Both the position numbers and the translations under genes were made by a program. From the human T2T-CHM13v2.0 reference genome, Homo sapiens: DNA of 64,000 nucleotides. Position 1 is the stretch's first letter. Each line of letters begins with the position of its first letter. Under the pieces are notes generated by a model. It made no database searches, was not told the DNA's origin, and was given only the letters and a program-made list of their open reading frames with translations. The stretch lies in assembly GCF_009914755.1 (NCBI RefSeq), contig NC_060929.1; one strand, 5' to 3'. This document shows positions 41,901 through 60,791 of the stretch, piece by piece.

Positions 41901-43498
41901 AATAAAAATCCATGCCTTGAACAATACACGGGAACATCTCAAAGAGACAAAGTAACTGAAAATTCTATGAAAAAAATACACATTCAAAGGGCTGCAGTAA
42001 ATTATTCAAATAAGACAGTTGTAATCCTATATAACCATTCCCTGCTATGTAACTAAACATGACCTCTCAGGACAATGACCTCAAATTCTTCGTCTTGAGC
42101 TCCTAAGATGTTGTCACCTCTGTCCTTGACACTATTAGGGCTGGTATAAAATCAAGATCACAGTTTAGCTGTGGAGAGGAGCTATTAATATTTGAAACAG
42201 TTGCATAATAGTTGTATGCCAAAAATGAGTTAAACAGACAATAAATGTTGGAGACATCCCGCTGTGAGCTGACATAGTATAGAGGGAGGGGGACCGCCTT
42301 AGTCAATTTTTTAATAAATTCCCTCTAATCATTCTCATTAGCCTTGTTCAAGGCTTTTTATTTTCACAGATAAGATCTACAACCAACTGTTTGTAACTTT
42401 GTAATCTATAAAAAAGAACCACTATCACATGTTAGTGCTTCACACACAAAGTGGCTCAGTAGGATATGTAAATTTAAATTGCTTCAATTAAAGCAGTTCT
42501 AAGCAATTGCAATATAAAGTTTAGTAACATTAAGACACAATGAAATACTGTGGGAAATGCTTTAAAACAGCAGCAGATATTAAGCAATACTGTGGTTATC
42601 ATTATGGTTCTGTTCTCTTAAGACAATAATTTAGATGCTTACAGGGGTGCAAGTAGGTTATACTAAGCCTTTTTGAGTCAAGGAATAAACCTACTTCTTG
42701 CAACTTTAAATGCTTTAATTCTCTGGTCAGTTCTTCTTGGATTATGATCAGTAATAATTCTCCTGGCACTGCAGCATCAGTCTCTCACATGTTGGTAAAT
42801 CTAGACTTGGGAAGCAAAATCAATGGTATGTTTTTGAGACATCAAGAAAGATGTGACAGCGCCTCAGATCCTATGCACTGAACTACTGTCCCACACTGCA
42901 ATGAAAAAGGCTATAGATGTTTCTCAATAACTTGTGTACTAAATTGAGTAAAGCAGGTTATTTCACAAGGATCCAGGAAGCATAATTATTACTAAGCATT
43001 TTCATAGCAGTCAGTGTGGTTCTAACTGTTCACAAAACATAAAGAAGCCTTACATCCAGGCTATGGAATACAAAAGGTAAACTGAAACGTGCTCTATGGA
43101 GCTAAAATATTTTCAAGTTTCTCTTAAAGATATTAAAAGTGCCAACACAGAGGGTGAGACAGACCAAATAAAATTATTTAAATAGTCTGCAGAAACTAGG
43201 AAGAAAAATAAAAATGTAATAGAAATTGGAAATAAAAATAGTGAACACATGCAAACATAGCAGCAGCCATACTACTAATAGAAAACATTACAGAAAAATT
43301 GGGGAGGGGTATTAAATAATCCCAATTATCCCTTAATACTTTGAGGATTGGATTCTAAAACTTAGCTGCAAGATTAGAATCCATATAAATACCTCAAAGT
43401 GAAATCTCATGGGAATAAGGTTAGCAGAAACATGCAAACTCAAGCATATCAGATATAACTATACAGACTTTAGGATACCAGTAGAAAGAGGTCGTTGT

Positions 43499-43534
43499 CA
43501 CACACACACACACATACACACACACACACACACA
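43499..43534 (+). repeat. (CA)n microsatellite with one TA interruption
   Basis: CACACACACACACACATACACACACACACACACAC. Confidence 0.92.
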
Positions 43535-43989
43535 CTGAGCAAGTCACACACTTATGATCCATTCTTGTCATTCATTCCAATGCACATTCATTAACATCTC
43601 CTATATGATAAGTATTTTTCTAGGTAGCTGAATATCTGTAATACTCTTCTAATGTTAAAACTTGAATGGTTATTAATTTTTTGAGCCATCTGGTTCCAAA
43701 GGCCACTGAACAAAGACATAGTTATAGAACTGTGGTTCTCTAATTTAAGATTTCATGGAAAAGTACAATTTCAAAAAATATTTTTAAAATTACTTTGAGA
43801 TCAATATAGAAGTGCCAACTGTTCCTTTAGCAAATTAAAGATATTACAAAATAACTGCCATCTACTGTAACTAACATTTCCTTTTTTTTTTTACAAAGGG
43901 AAATTTTAACATAATAGAATAGGAAGATCAAACTCTTGAAATAAAAGGTAATTTTCCAAGAAACAAATATTGTAGTCTTCCTATATTTA

Positions 43990-44225
43990 TTTATTTCTCA
44001 AACACTTATATAGTGCTTATGTTGTGCCACATACTGTTTTAAATGCTTTTCAAATATTAGCTCATTTAATGTTAAAGATGACACCATGATAAAGGCACTA
44101 TTATTATGCTTACAGGTGAGGAAACTGAGACACAGAGAAATTAAGAAAGCTGTAAGTTCCCACAACTGTTATGGTGAGGTTGACCTTAGGCACTCTGACC
44201 CAAGTTGATGATCTTAACCACTCCC
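43990..44225 (-). mobile_element. MIR
   Basis: ACTTATATAGTGCTTATGTTGTGCCA, TTACAGGTGAGGAAACTGAGACACAGAGA. Confidence 0.88.
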
Positions 44226-44274
44226 CTGCATAACTTCTACATACCATGCTATCTCAACATACATATTCACATTA

Positions 44275-45150
44275 CTTTTAAAAAACAGTTTTCTTGAGAT
44301 ATAATTCACATACCATTTGAAGTGTACAATTCAGTCGTTTCTACAATATTCAAAGTTATGCAACCATCAACACAATCAAATCAATAACATTTAAAACAAC
44401 AGGTCCATTAACAATCACTCCCTCTTGTCCCAAACCTCCCAGCTGTCGGAAGACACTAATCAACTTTCATAGATTTGTCTATTCTGGACACTTCATATAA
44501 ATTGAGTCATACAAGAAGTAGTCTTTTGTGACTTGCTTCCTTTACTAAGCATAATATTTTCAAGGTTCATCCATGTTGTAGCATATATCAATACTTTATT
44601 TCTTTTTATTTCTCAATAATACCTCACCGTATGGATATATCACATTTTGATTGTCACCTCACTTGTTGATAGGCATTTGGGTTGTTTCTATTTTCTGCTA
44701 TTATAAATAATGCTACTATGATCATTTGGGTAAAAGTTTTCTTGTAGATATATGGTATTTCTCTTGGATATATACTAGGGAGTACAAAAACTGCTGGGTC
44801 ATATGCAGCTCTAGAATTAATGTTTTCAGAAACTGCCAAATAGCTTTCCAAAGAGACTGCGCTATTTTATATTACCACCAACAATGAATGAAAATTCCAA
44901 TTTCTCTCTTTCTGGAAGGAACTTGTGAAGGATTTGTGGTCATTCTTATTTAAATTTTTGTTAGAATGCACGAGTAAAGCCATTTGGGCCTGGGACTTTC
45001 TTTGTGGGAAATTTTAAAATTAGTAATTCAATCTGTTTACTTGTTGTAGGTCTATTTGGAATTTCTACTTCTTATTGGGTCATTTTTGGTAGTTTCTATC
45101 TTTCCAGAAATTTGTACATTTCATGTAAGTTATCAAATTTGTTGGCATAT
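44275..45150 (-). mobile_element. L1MB-type 3' end (44275-44905) joined to a mid-ORF2 segment (44910-45150)
   Basis: TTGAGATATAATTCACATACCA...AAGGTTCATCCATGTTGTAGCAT; then TAAAGCCATTTGGGCCTGGGACTTTCTTTGTGGGA. Confidence 0.85.
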
Positions 45151-46244
45151 GATGGATGAAGTTTGTAATCCTTTATTATTTTATTGATGCCAAAATTACT
45201 GATAGAAAAAAATTCTGCTACTAGCCAGAAGAAGTAAACAAAGAAGACGAAATTGACGTCCTGTTGCTAATTTCTTGCTCTAGCCCTTCTCAAAATGCCT
45301 TCTGTCATGATGAAACCAGAAAATATAAACTGTGTTCTAGATAACAGGCTTAAAGTCATAGCCATAAAGAAAATCAGAAACTCTTTTCTAATTAAAATAT
45401 AACAGCTAAATTATCAATTAAAATGTGTATGATAAATATTTTCTCATAATCATTTTACAATGTGTTTATTTCTAAGAAGACTGTAAGTGCTCCTTAGAGG
45501 GTTAAACTCCTATTTGGAATTCTGCTGACTAAACCTCTAGGACTCTTATACATTGTATTTTCTTATTTATATTTCAGACTTATTTATAAATTGTAAATCA
45601 GATCCCAAGAAGCATCATATAGTGACCCCATTATGAAATCCAGAAGAAGTGTGTGAGGTATTTATAAGAAACTACAATGATATCTTCTATAGTATAATGA
45701 TTATTACAGGTATAATAAAACCTCCCGAAGTAGTTTGAAAAAGAGGGCTTGCTCCCAACCACTATGAACCTGTAGTTAATTAGGCAGCCTCTACCTGGAA
45801 ATATAAACAGTGTCTCATCTTTAGGCTGTAAACCAGAATGACAGCCTAGATCCCGCTCCACATCTCTTACTCTAAACTCAACAATGAGAAGCATCACATA
45901 CTATGTGAGCATGCAAATGTCAAAAGACTCCAGGGGTCTCCTAGTTCAGCCCTCTCAGTTCACAAAAAAAAAATAAAACTGAAGCCCAGAGAGGCCAGTA
46001 ACCTTATCAATATCATACAGCTATTAGTCTCCAATCCACTGTGATCAACATCTCACTATAGCATTACCCACTTTCTTAATATTTTCAGAGTTTGAGGGTG
46101 CAAATGCCTCCTTATTACGTTATTGATTTTAAAATATTTCAATATAACAGAAAAATATAAAAAACAACACATGACTATGCCCTTAGCCTTATTAGACTTT
46201 AATAGTTTATTGTATTTCCTCTTTTCATTAAGGAATGAAACAAT

Positions 46245-48228
46245 TCATCCCCACACAAATACAGCCAATTTATTTTTAACATCAGTGGAAAAGCAGTTCT
46301 GTAGAGAAAGGATAGTCTTTTCAGCAAGTGGTGCTGGAGCAATGCATACAGACATTCACAGACAAATTAAATAGATAAAATAAATCTCAACTTGCACCTC
46401 ACTATTTATACAAAAATTACTCGAAATGGGTGGTAGAATTAAATATAAAACTATAAAACTTCTAGAAGACAGGAGAAAAATGTTAGGACTTAGTGCTTGG
46501 TGATGAGTTCTTATACAGAATGACAACAAAAGCATAATTTACTTTTAAAAATCAATGAATTGGACTTCATCAAAATTAAAAACTTTTGTTTTGTGAATGG
46601 CCCCTGCTAAGGGATTGAAAAGACAAGCTATAGACTGAAAGAAAATATTTGTAAAACAAATATTATAGAGGACTTATATCTACAACAAAAAAAATTTAAA
46701 CCCTCAAAACTCAATACTAATAAAACAAACAATCCAATTTGAAAATGGCAAAAAGACATAGACATTTTACTGAAGAAGACATATGGATGGCAAATAAGCA
46801 CATGAAAAGATGTTCAACATATCTACCTATGATAGGCAGAACAATGGCTCCCTAAAAATGTCTACACCCAATCCTCAGAACCAGTTATTCTGGCATGGCA
46901 AAGGGGGCTGTGGTTGCAGATGGAATTAAGATTGCCAATTAGCTGACCTTAAAATACAGCCATTATTTCAGATTATTTGGTTGGGGCTACTTTAATCACA
47001 GGGGTTCTGAAAAGTGGAAGACCCAGGCAGAAGAGGTAAGAATGATATGATATGAGGACTGAACCCACAAATGCTGGATTTGAAGACAGAGGAAGGGGAG
47101 CCATGAGCCGAGGAATATGAGTAGAGCCTAGGAGTTAGACAAGATGAGGAAACAAATTCTCCCTTACAACCTGCAGAAAGGAATACCAACACTTTGATTT
47201 CAGTCTGGTGAAAACTGTGTTAGACTTCTGACCTACAGAACTGTAAAATCGTAAGTTTATGTTGTTTTAAGCCACTAAGTTTACAGTTATTTGTTACAGC
47301 ATCAATAGAAAACTAGTACATTATCCATCAGAGAAATGCAAATTAAGACTATGATAAGACATCACTACACACCTCTTTGAACTGCTAAAATAAAATACAG
47401 TGACAATACCAAATGCTTACAAAGATGGAGAGAACTGGATCTCTCACATGTCATTAAGGGAACAACAACATATGGCTGTACCATAAAATGGTACAGCAAC
47501 TCTGGAAAATAGTTTGAAAACTCTGGAAAATAGCTTTAATTTTCTTTAAAAACTAAATATGCATTTACCATATGACCCCATAATTCACTCTGAAGCATTT
47601 ATCCCAGAGAAAAAGAATTATGATCGCAGCAAAACTTATATGCAGTTGTTTGTAGTAGCCAAAAATTGAAAAGACTAAAATGTCCCACAATAGGTGAATA
47701 GTTTAAAAACTGTTACATCCATATCATGGAATACTACTCAGCAATAAAAAGGAATGGATTACAGATTCATACAACAGCTTGGAGGATCTCAAGGATCAAA
47801 GACATTATGCTGTGTAGAAAAAGAGCCAATTTCAAAAAGTCACACTATATGGTTTAATTTATATAACAGTCTCAAAAAGACAATATTTTATAGAGATGAA
47901 GAACATATTAGGTGGTTACCAGGGATTAGATATGGTGGCAAAGGAGTGTGGCTGTGACTATAAAAGCATAGCACAAGGGAGATCATTGTAGTGATTGGGG
48001 CTGTTCTGAATCTTGATTGAAGTGGTGATTACACAAATCTACACATGTAACAAAATGACATAGAGCTACACAAACACATGAGATCAATGTCAAATTCATG
48101 ACTATAATAACTATAGTAATGCAAGGCATAATCATTGGGGGAAACTGGGTGAATGGTACACAGGACATATCTGTACAATTTTTGCAACTTCCTATGAATC
48201 TTTAATTATTATCAAATAAAATGTTGGG
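46245..48228 (+). mobile_element. L1MC/L1MD-type 3' portion, interrupted by MLT1D
   Basis: GGACTTCATCAAAATTAAAAACTTTTG, GGCAAATAAGCACATGAAAAGATGTTCAACAT, 3' UTR CATTGGGGGAAACTGGGTGAATGGTACACAGGA. Confidence 0.85.
46830..47320 (+). mobile_element. MLT1D MaLR solo LTR
   Basis: TGATAGGCAGAACAATGGCTCCC start, GGAAGGGGAGCCATGAGCC, GACTTCTGACCTACAGAACTGTAA, terminal GAAAACTAGTACA. Confidence 0.88.
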
Positions 48229-49206
48229 GAAAAAAACAAACAATTCCGTTAGATTTGAAAGCCCAGTGTATCCTTCCCTCTCTGAGCCCATTTACCTCCT
48301 TCCCTACCTCCCTTCACAGAAAAATCCTACAATTGGTGTTTAGGATTTCCACCCTCTTTTAATTATTTTACTGCCTATGGATGTATTCTTTAAAAACATA
48401 AAATATTGTTTTGAATGTCCTAAAACTTCCTAGAAATGGCATCAAATAATATTAATCCCTCTGCAAGTTGTTTTTGTTTTTGCTTAAATTTATGTTGCTA
48501 TTATGTTGTTTATTAAATTTATTAACATTACCCATGTTAATGTATCTCATGGAATTTATACATTTCATCTACTATGCTGTAAGTCCATTGCACAAATATC
48601 CCAGTTTTTATTTGTACTTTCTTCTGTTGATAGAAATACAGAATTTTATTTTTGAGTATCATGCTATTTCAAAATAATGCTAGAATAAACATCCTTGTGC
48701 ATGTCCCCTGGCAAACACATCCAATCATGTTTCTAGATATATGCCTAGAAGTGGAATTCCTCCTTCAAGATATGCAAATGTTTAACTTTACTAAGTAAAG
48801 TCAAACTGACTTTTCCAATTGGTTTTACCAATTTATTCTTATTTGGCACTTTCACACTTTAATTCTTAAAACTGGTTGGTATGAAATAAAATTTTCCTTT
48901 TTTTAATTTGCATTTACTTGATTACTAGTGAGCTAAAGCAAATATTTGTGTGTTTATCAGCCATTTTTTTCTGTCGATTGTTTGTTCATATCTTTCACCT
49001 ATTTTTCCATTGGATTGAATTTTTAAATATTTATTTGAAAGATTCCTTCATACAAAATGCATATTAATTTTTGTTGGTTGTATATACTATAAATATCTCC
49101 TATTCTGAAGTTTTTTAAAAATGTTGTTGGTGTTATTTGCTATTCAAAAATGTTTGTTTTAATATATTCAACCTATTATTATTTTTCTTTATAGTTTGTC
49201 TTTTAA

Positions 49207-49338
49207 CCCACTTATGCCTGAGGTTGCAATTTTTTTGAATTTTTGCAATCAGGCCTTGGCGATGATCTTGAGCAGTAGGATAATAAATAACTCTCACATG
49301 CTTAGCATTCCAATAATGGAACACTAGGCGTAAATGGG
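49207..49338. mobile_element. MER85 piggyBac (PGBD3-derived) MITE
   Basis: TTAA|CCCACTTATGCCTGAGGTTGCAATTTTTTTGAA...GGAACACTAGGCGTAAATGGG; 13-bp TIRs CCCA(T/C)TTA(T/C)GCCT; 132 bp between target sites. Confidence 0.93.
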
Positions 49339-50034
49339 TTTTAGTCTTAAGAAATCCTTCCCTGCCCACTGGCCACAAAGATATTTCATACATTTTCTTC
49401 TAAAAAACATAAAATCTTTACTATTCTTTTCACCTTTACACCTACATTCCACATGGGATTTAATTATTATATGTTGTAAGAAAGGGTACTTATTATTTTA
49501 TTTCCCCATGTGAATAATTATATCTCCTAGCATCATTTATTGTATCCTTACCACACTGATTTGTAATACATCCTTAGGGACACATGAGTCTATTTCTAAA
49601 CCTAGTATATTTATTTATTGCTGCTCCAATATCCCAATGTCTTAATCACTATACTTTTACAGTAGCTGTTGACATGTGGTAGGGCTAATCTTCCCGACTT
49701 CTTCAAAATTGTGTTGGTTATGACTGACGCTTAGCTCTTTGTATACATTTTGGAATCAGATTGATCAGATTGTCAAGTTCCTGAAAACAACCAACAAAAC
49801 CACTCTTGTGTGAGCTCTTATTAGAATTTATAAATGAATACAGAAAGAATTGAAATCTTTCTGATACTGAGTCATTCTGCTTTAAGTATAGTATATCTTT
49901 CTATTTATCATCTTCTTTGTGTCTTACCTTAAAATTTTGTAATTTTATTTGTAAAGATTTCTAAAAATCCTTTGTTAGATTTATTACTACATGTTTCTAA
50001 TTTTTGCTGTATTCATGGTATCTGCTTTTAAACT

Positions 50035-50125
50035 GAATTTTCTAATTGTCTTTTGCTGGGTTACACAAAGGTAGTTTACAGAATTTTCTAATTGTCTTTT
50101 GCTGGGTTACACAAAGGTGGTTTAC
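50035..50125 (+). repeat. 46-bp-period tandem duplication (2 copies, 1 mismatch)
   Basis: GAATTTTCTAATTGTCTTTTGCTGGGTTACACAAAGGT(A/G)GTTTAC at 50035-50079 and 50081-50125. Confidence 0.97.
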
Positions 50126-50543
50126 TTTATATCTAGCAATTTTCCTGAACTTTTGTATTATTTTCTAATAGTTTTTCAATGAAGTCTCTTTACTAATAAC
50201 AATTAGGTTTCTCTCTTTTCTATCTACCTTTTATTTATTTCTTTTACCTACAATGCTGGCTAGAACAACCAATTAAACATAAGCAGAACCCGAAGTCATT
50301 CTTCTCTTGTTCCAGATGTACAGGGATTATTTCCAATATACTAGTAGCTGTAATGTTTCCAGTGGTTTCCTTACTCAAACATGCCATGTTAACCTATTTA
50401 TTAGTCTTTTCAGGGCTTTCAGTTTTGTTTTATATATTATTAATACACACATTTTTCTTTTATTATACTTTATATTTGCTTTGCCTACTCTCTAAGTTCT
50501 TGAATTGGATGCTGATCTTATTATTAATAATATTTACTCCTTT

Positions 50544-56418
<5,875 letters not shown>

Positions 56419-58025
56419 TTTTTTTTAATTTGTACCTTTTTTCATTTTCTTATATAGGCATTTAAAGCTATAACTTTCTAACTATAACTTTCATTGCTTC
56501 TCATACAATATTTAATGGATGAATTTAATTAATATTAACATTCAGTTTTAAATATTTTCTAATTTTCATTATTTTTTTGCTTGACTCATGAGTTGTTTAG
56601 ACGTGTGTTGATTTAATTTCAAATCCATGTGGGATTCTTTTTGTTGTCTTTTAATTTAAATTATTAATTTAATTGCATTATAGTCAGATACTGCCTCTTC
56701 CCAAATCTTCCTGTGCTCTCCTTCTAGAAGGCCTATGAAACATATATTGAATCTTATGCTCTCCAACATGTCTCTTAACTTCTTTTTCATATCTTCTATC
56801 ATTTTCTTTTCAGTGCCTTCTGGTTGATTTCTTCAAATTATATTACAGTCTACTAATTTTCTCTCCAGCTATATCTAATTTGTTTAACCTATGATAAATT
56901 ATTAATTTCAATTACTTTAGTTTTCACCTTTATAAAGTGTGTTCTTTTTTTAACCTTATTTTTTCTTATATTTATAATTCATTTATGTCTCTATCATTTT
57001 CAATATTCATTTTTCATAGTCTATGTGATAGTTCCATCACTTTTAGGTCTTATTCTAATCCTGCTCTTTGTGTTTGCTAACTCTCACTTGTGGGGGATTT
57101 TGTTCTTATGTTTTATAGTTTGAGGTTGTGAGTTAATCTTTAGAAGATATTTATGTTTAGGAATCTTGTGAAACTTGGTTGAATGGTATCTTTCTCCTAA
57201 GAAGTTTGTAACAGATTCTGCCAGGTGCTTTAGAAGTATCAGTAATCTGGGCTCTCTGTAGTTAATTTTTCAAGTTGTGATTTTTCCATACTACACAAGT
57301 AGTACAAATTCAATTCCCAAACCTAAATGAGGTACAAATCCATAGAGATGTGTTTTTGAAGGAGACATTCTTTTTCTAAGACACAGCTTCCTTGTCTCTT
57401 CTGTTCTGATGATTTTTTTTCAGTCCTTTCCATTCCAAGGTCACAACTTTGTACTGAAGATCTCTGTTCCAACCCACAGAACCTCAATTTTCCATTTCAT
57501 ATCTCAAGCCCTTTGTTAGTGAGACTAATAATACTGTCCCAAAGGCAGCCACAGTATCAATTCAAGTGTTTATCCCTGGAGTTTTCAATTCAACCTTTAC
57601 TTCTGACCCATAGTAATGATTTTATTTCCTTTCAAGATTAGACATGCAGTATTTCTAAGCATCCGTAGCAGGGATGATAGTAAGATTATTAGCCATGTTT
57701 CTAGAACTGTTAGTAAAAAGTAACTTATTTTCTCTAGTAAAAATCAACTTACAGCACAATTGGCAAGCTGAATCCTTGTAATTTACCAATTATGAAACTT
57801 TTTCAGTTCACAATTATATTATCCAAAGCTTGTTTGATCCCACTTGGTCCCAGTTTCAGAAAACCACATGGAAAAAAATATATAATAATTATAGGTGCAT
57901 ACATAGCCCCTAGCTACAACTAGAAACATTACACTGAACTTTACATGGATCCAAATAAATCCTTTAATTTTCTGGATTCCCTCTGAAGCCCATCCCATCA
58001 CCTTTTTCTAGAGTCCTCTAGTGCT

Positions 58026-58091
58026 TCCTCTCTCTCCTCTCCCTCTCTCTCACACACACACACAAGACAGAGACAGAGAAAGGGAGAGAGA
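58026..58091 (+). repeat. Compound (CT)n(CA)n(GA)n low-complexity tract
   Basis: CTCTCTCTCACACACACACACAAGACAGAGACAGAGAAAGGGAGAGAG. Confidence 0.8.
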
Positions 58092-58149
58092 TCATTTTTC
58101 ATATAAGTGTTCACTGCTTACTGTCAACAAGTTATATGGCTTTTCTTCT

Positions 58150-58920
58150 TCCTTTCCATTAATTCAATACAACTTGTCTAAGTTCCTGCTGTGCTCTAGA
58201 CATTGGAGATGTTGCCAAAAACAAAACAAAACCTTTGACCCACAGGGTTTCAATCATAGTATAGAAGAAATACAAATAATAAACAAATTAATAAATATAT
58301 TTTAGTTTGAACCAAATGAAATGGCCAATATTCAGCTGTTCTTGATCCACCCAAAAGCAATTTCATATGGTTCAACTTGATAGAATATGACAGGTGGTGC
58401 TACGTGCTGTGAAGAAGATAGGGTAAGTGGAGAGAAAGTCATGGGTGCATGTGAGTGTGCTATTTTAGATAGCATGGCCACAGAACCTCTCTTTTTAAGT
58501 GCTATTTGAACAGATGATAATGGAGTGAGAAAGTGTGTAATACGGATATCTGGGGGAAGAATATTCTAATCAGAAATGAAGGTGGAAAGGCCCTGAGGAG
58601 GGATGGCATATAAAAGAGCAGCAAGGAAACAGAGGGACCTGAAGGGAGCGAGTGACAGTAAGAGTGGTGCAAGATAAGGACAGAGAAGGTCAGGGCCAGG
58701 CCCAAGAATGCCATGTCAGCCATGGCAAGACATTTGATCTCACTCCTCATGAGTTGGGAAGCTGTTGGCAGGTTTGGGCAGAGGAGAGGCAAAATCAGAC
58801 TTGTATTTTCAAGGATGTGGAGGCCAGCCTCCAAGGAGCAAGATGAACAGAAGGGGCTTAGGTAGGAGATGACTGCTTTCATGCAAGAGTGAGACCATGG
58901 TAACAGACTCAGGTGGTAGC
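58150..58920 (-). mobile_element. L2a 3' region, interrupted by MADE2
   Basis: TGTGCTCTAGACATTGGAGAT, CTATTTTAGATAGCATGGCCA, GGATATCTGGGGGAAGAATATTC, AAAGGCCCTGAGG. Confidence 0.85.
58300..58382. mobile_element. MADE2 (Hsmar2 mariner-derived) MITE
   Basis: TTAGTTTGAACCAAATGAAATGGCC...GCAATTTCATATGGTTCAACTTGATA: about 80 bp, arms are reverse complements. Confidence 0.85.
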
Positions 58921-60791
58921 AAAGGAAATAGGACAGACTGGACCTTCACAATTCTTTCATGACCTCTCTTATCTTTCTTTTTAAAAAGTATATTTGTCTT
59001 ATCAATTTCTTATTCCCAAACAAGTATATTTCCAAGCTTCCACTTCTTGCCCTTGGTTGGTATTGGTGTCAAAATCATTTTGCCTGCCTGCTTCGATAGC
59101 CTGCTTTCCAACAGGAAACTTCTAAATCTCTTTACATTCAGTGCTCCAAAAATATACATTTGCACTTCCCATAGCCTGACACATCTGCATCATCCCTTTT
59201 GTTCCTAATCACTCTCAGAACAACAGCAGCATACCTGATTGAGGAGCAGCTGGCATTCACTGCGCAAAGAGCACCATCAAAAATTGAGCATGTGGCTCCA
59301 AGAGCCACCACTGTTTCCTTCTGTTTCTTGCCAAAGACTGTAACTTGTGGGTAGGCTGGGCCTGAGTGATAGCAGGAAATGGCCCACTGCCATGCAAAGT
59401 GGCTCCTCTGAAAAAACTTTTAACCATATCCCTGCAGCTGGACCCCTTCCTCTGAAGTTTCTAGATATTGCAACTCCCCAAAGAGGAAGTTGTCTAAGGG
59501 AGGTACAATGCTTTAGGGAGAAACTGACCACAGCTTAATGGCTTGTGAATGCAACCACTGCAACTTCTGGGCCCATTTCCCTCTCATGCCCACACAGGGC
59601 TGGGTGTGTTCTATTAAACATTTAGGTAAAAGGAATAAGTAACTAGCTCAGCAATGTCAGCATCATGTCACCATGGCATGACAGAAACTCAGTTTTCTGA
59701 CTCTTAGTGAAATGGATCATTCAAGAGTAAAGCATTAAAATGTTTATAAAATACAGTTGGTCCAAGAGGACAAGTTGTGTCAAAATCATTTTCCAAGACA
59801 CCTCATGTTTTAAAAAATCCTAACATGTAGCCTGCATGCAATATGCAAACAGGCTGCTAAGGAGAGGACATGACATTAAAATGTCAGTAGAATTACTGCT
59901 CAGCTGTAAGAACTCACACACTTTAGATTTAACAGCAGTGAGTTTACATTGGGTCACAAGAAATAGGATTTAAATGAATATTCCAAACCTATTTTCTGAA
60001 AATGCATTTTGCAAAGATACAGGTAGGCATACCTACTTCTGAAAAAAAATTCATTTGCAATAGAAAATGGGATGAGAAAACAGAAATAAAATGTATTCAT
60101 CACCCTTGTCACTCCTCTATTTTAAATAAAGCAGAAACCACACATAACATTCCAGGATATTAAGCTAGGTATGAAATGATGTTCAGACTACTAAGGCTAA
60201 AGATTACAGCCATAATTCAATCTGATATTAAATGCATTTATGATGCCATATAATGTGGGAGACATTTAAAATGACTACCAAAATTTCTACTAATATGACC
60301 TTTTCTTGAATTTTATTGTTAAAAATCCTTTTCTGCCAAAATGTCAAGGTTTCTCACAGTGCTTCTACATACACTGTAACCCCAGTAATAGAAAATGTAT
60401 ATTTTCTGTAGACACTGGGGCTATCATCAGACAAATTTATTCTGCTGAAACTGGAGTCAACATTAAAAGAGTTTTTTGCAGCATAGGTATTTTTTCACTT
60501 ATAAGTTATTACTCATTTTTCCTAATACTGTGCAGATAATATAACAACAATATTGAAGGTTTTTTTTAATATTTGAAAATTCATTGCACATAAAAGCATG
60601 CTATGCTATTGTTCCTGTTTTAGGTCCCCAGTCCCTGATCAAAGATGATATACATCTCTAGAGGCAGCTAGGAGGTGTCTCTAAGCTGGTAATAGTCGGG
60701 GTTGGATTTGTCTCAAAGCAGCAAAAACTTGTAAAGATGGTTCTGCATCCCTAAGCCTTCTCTATCTGATAACTTTGATTATTTTCAAGTA

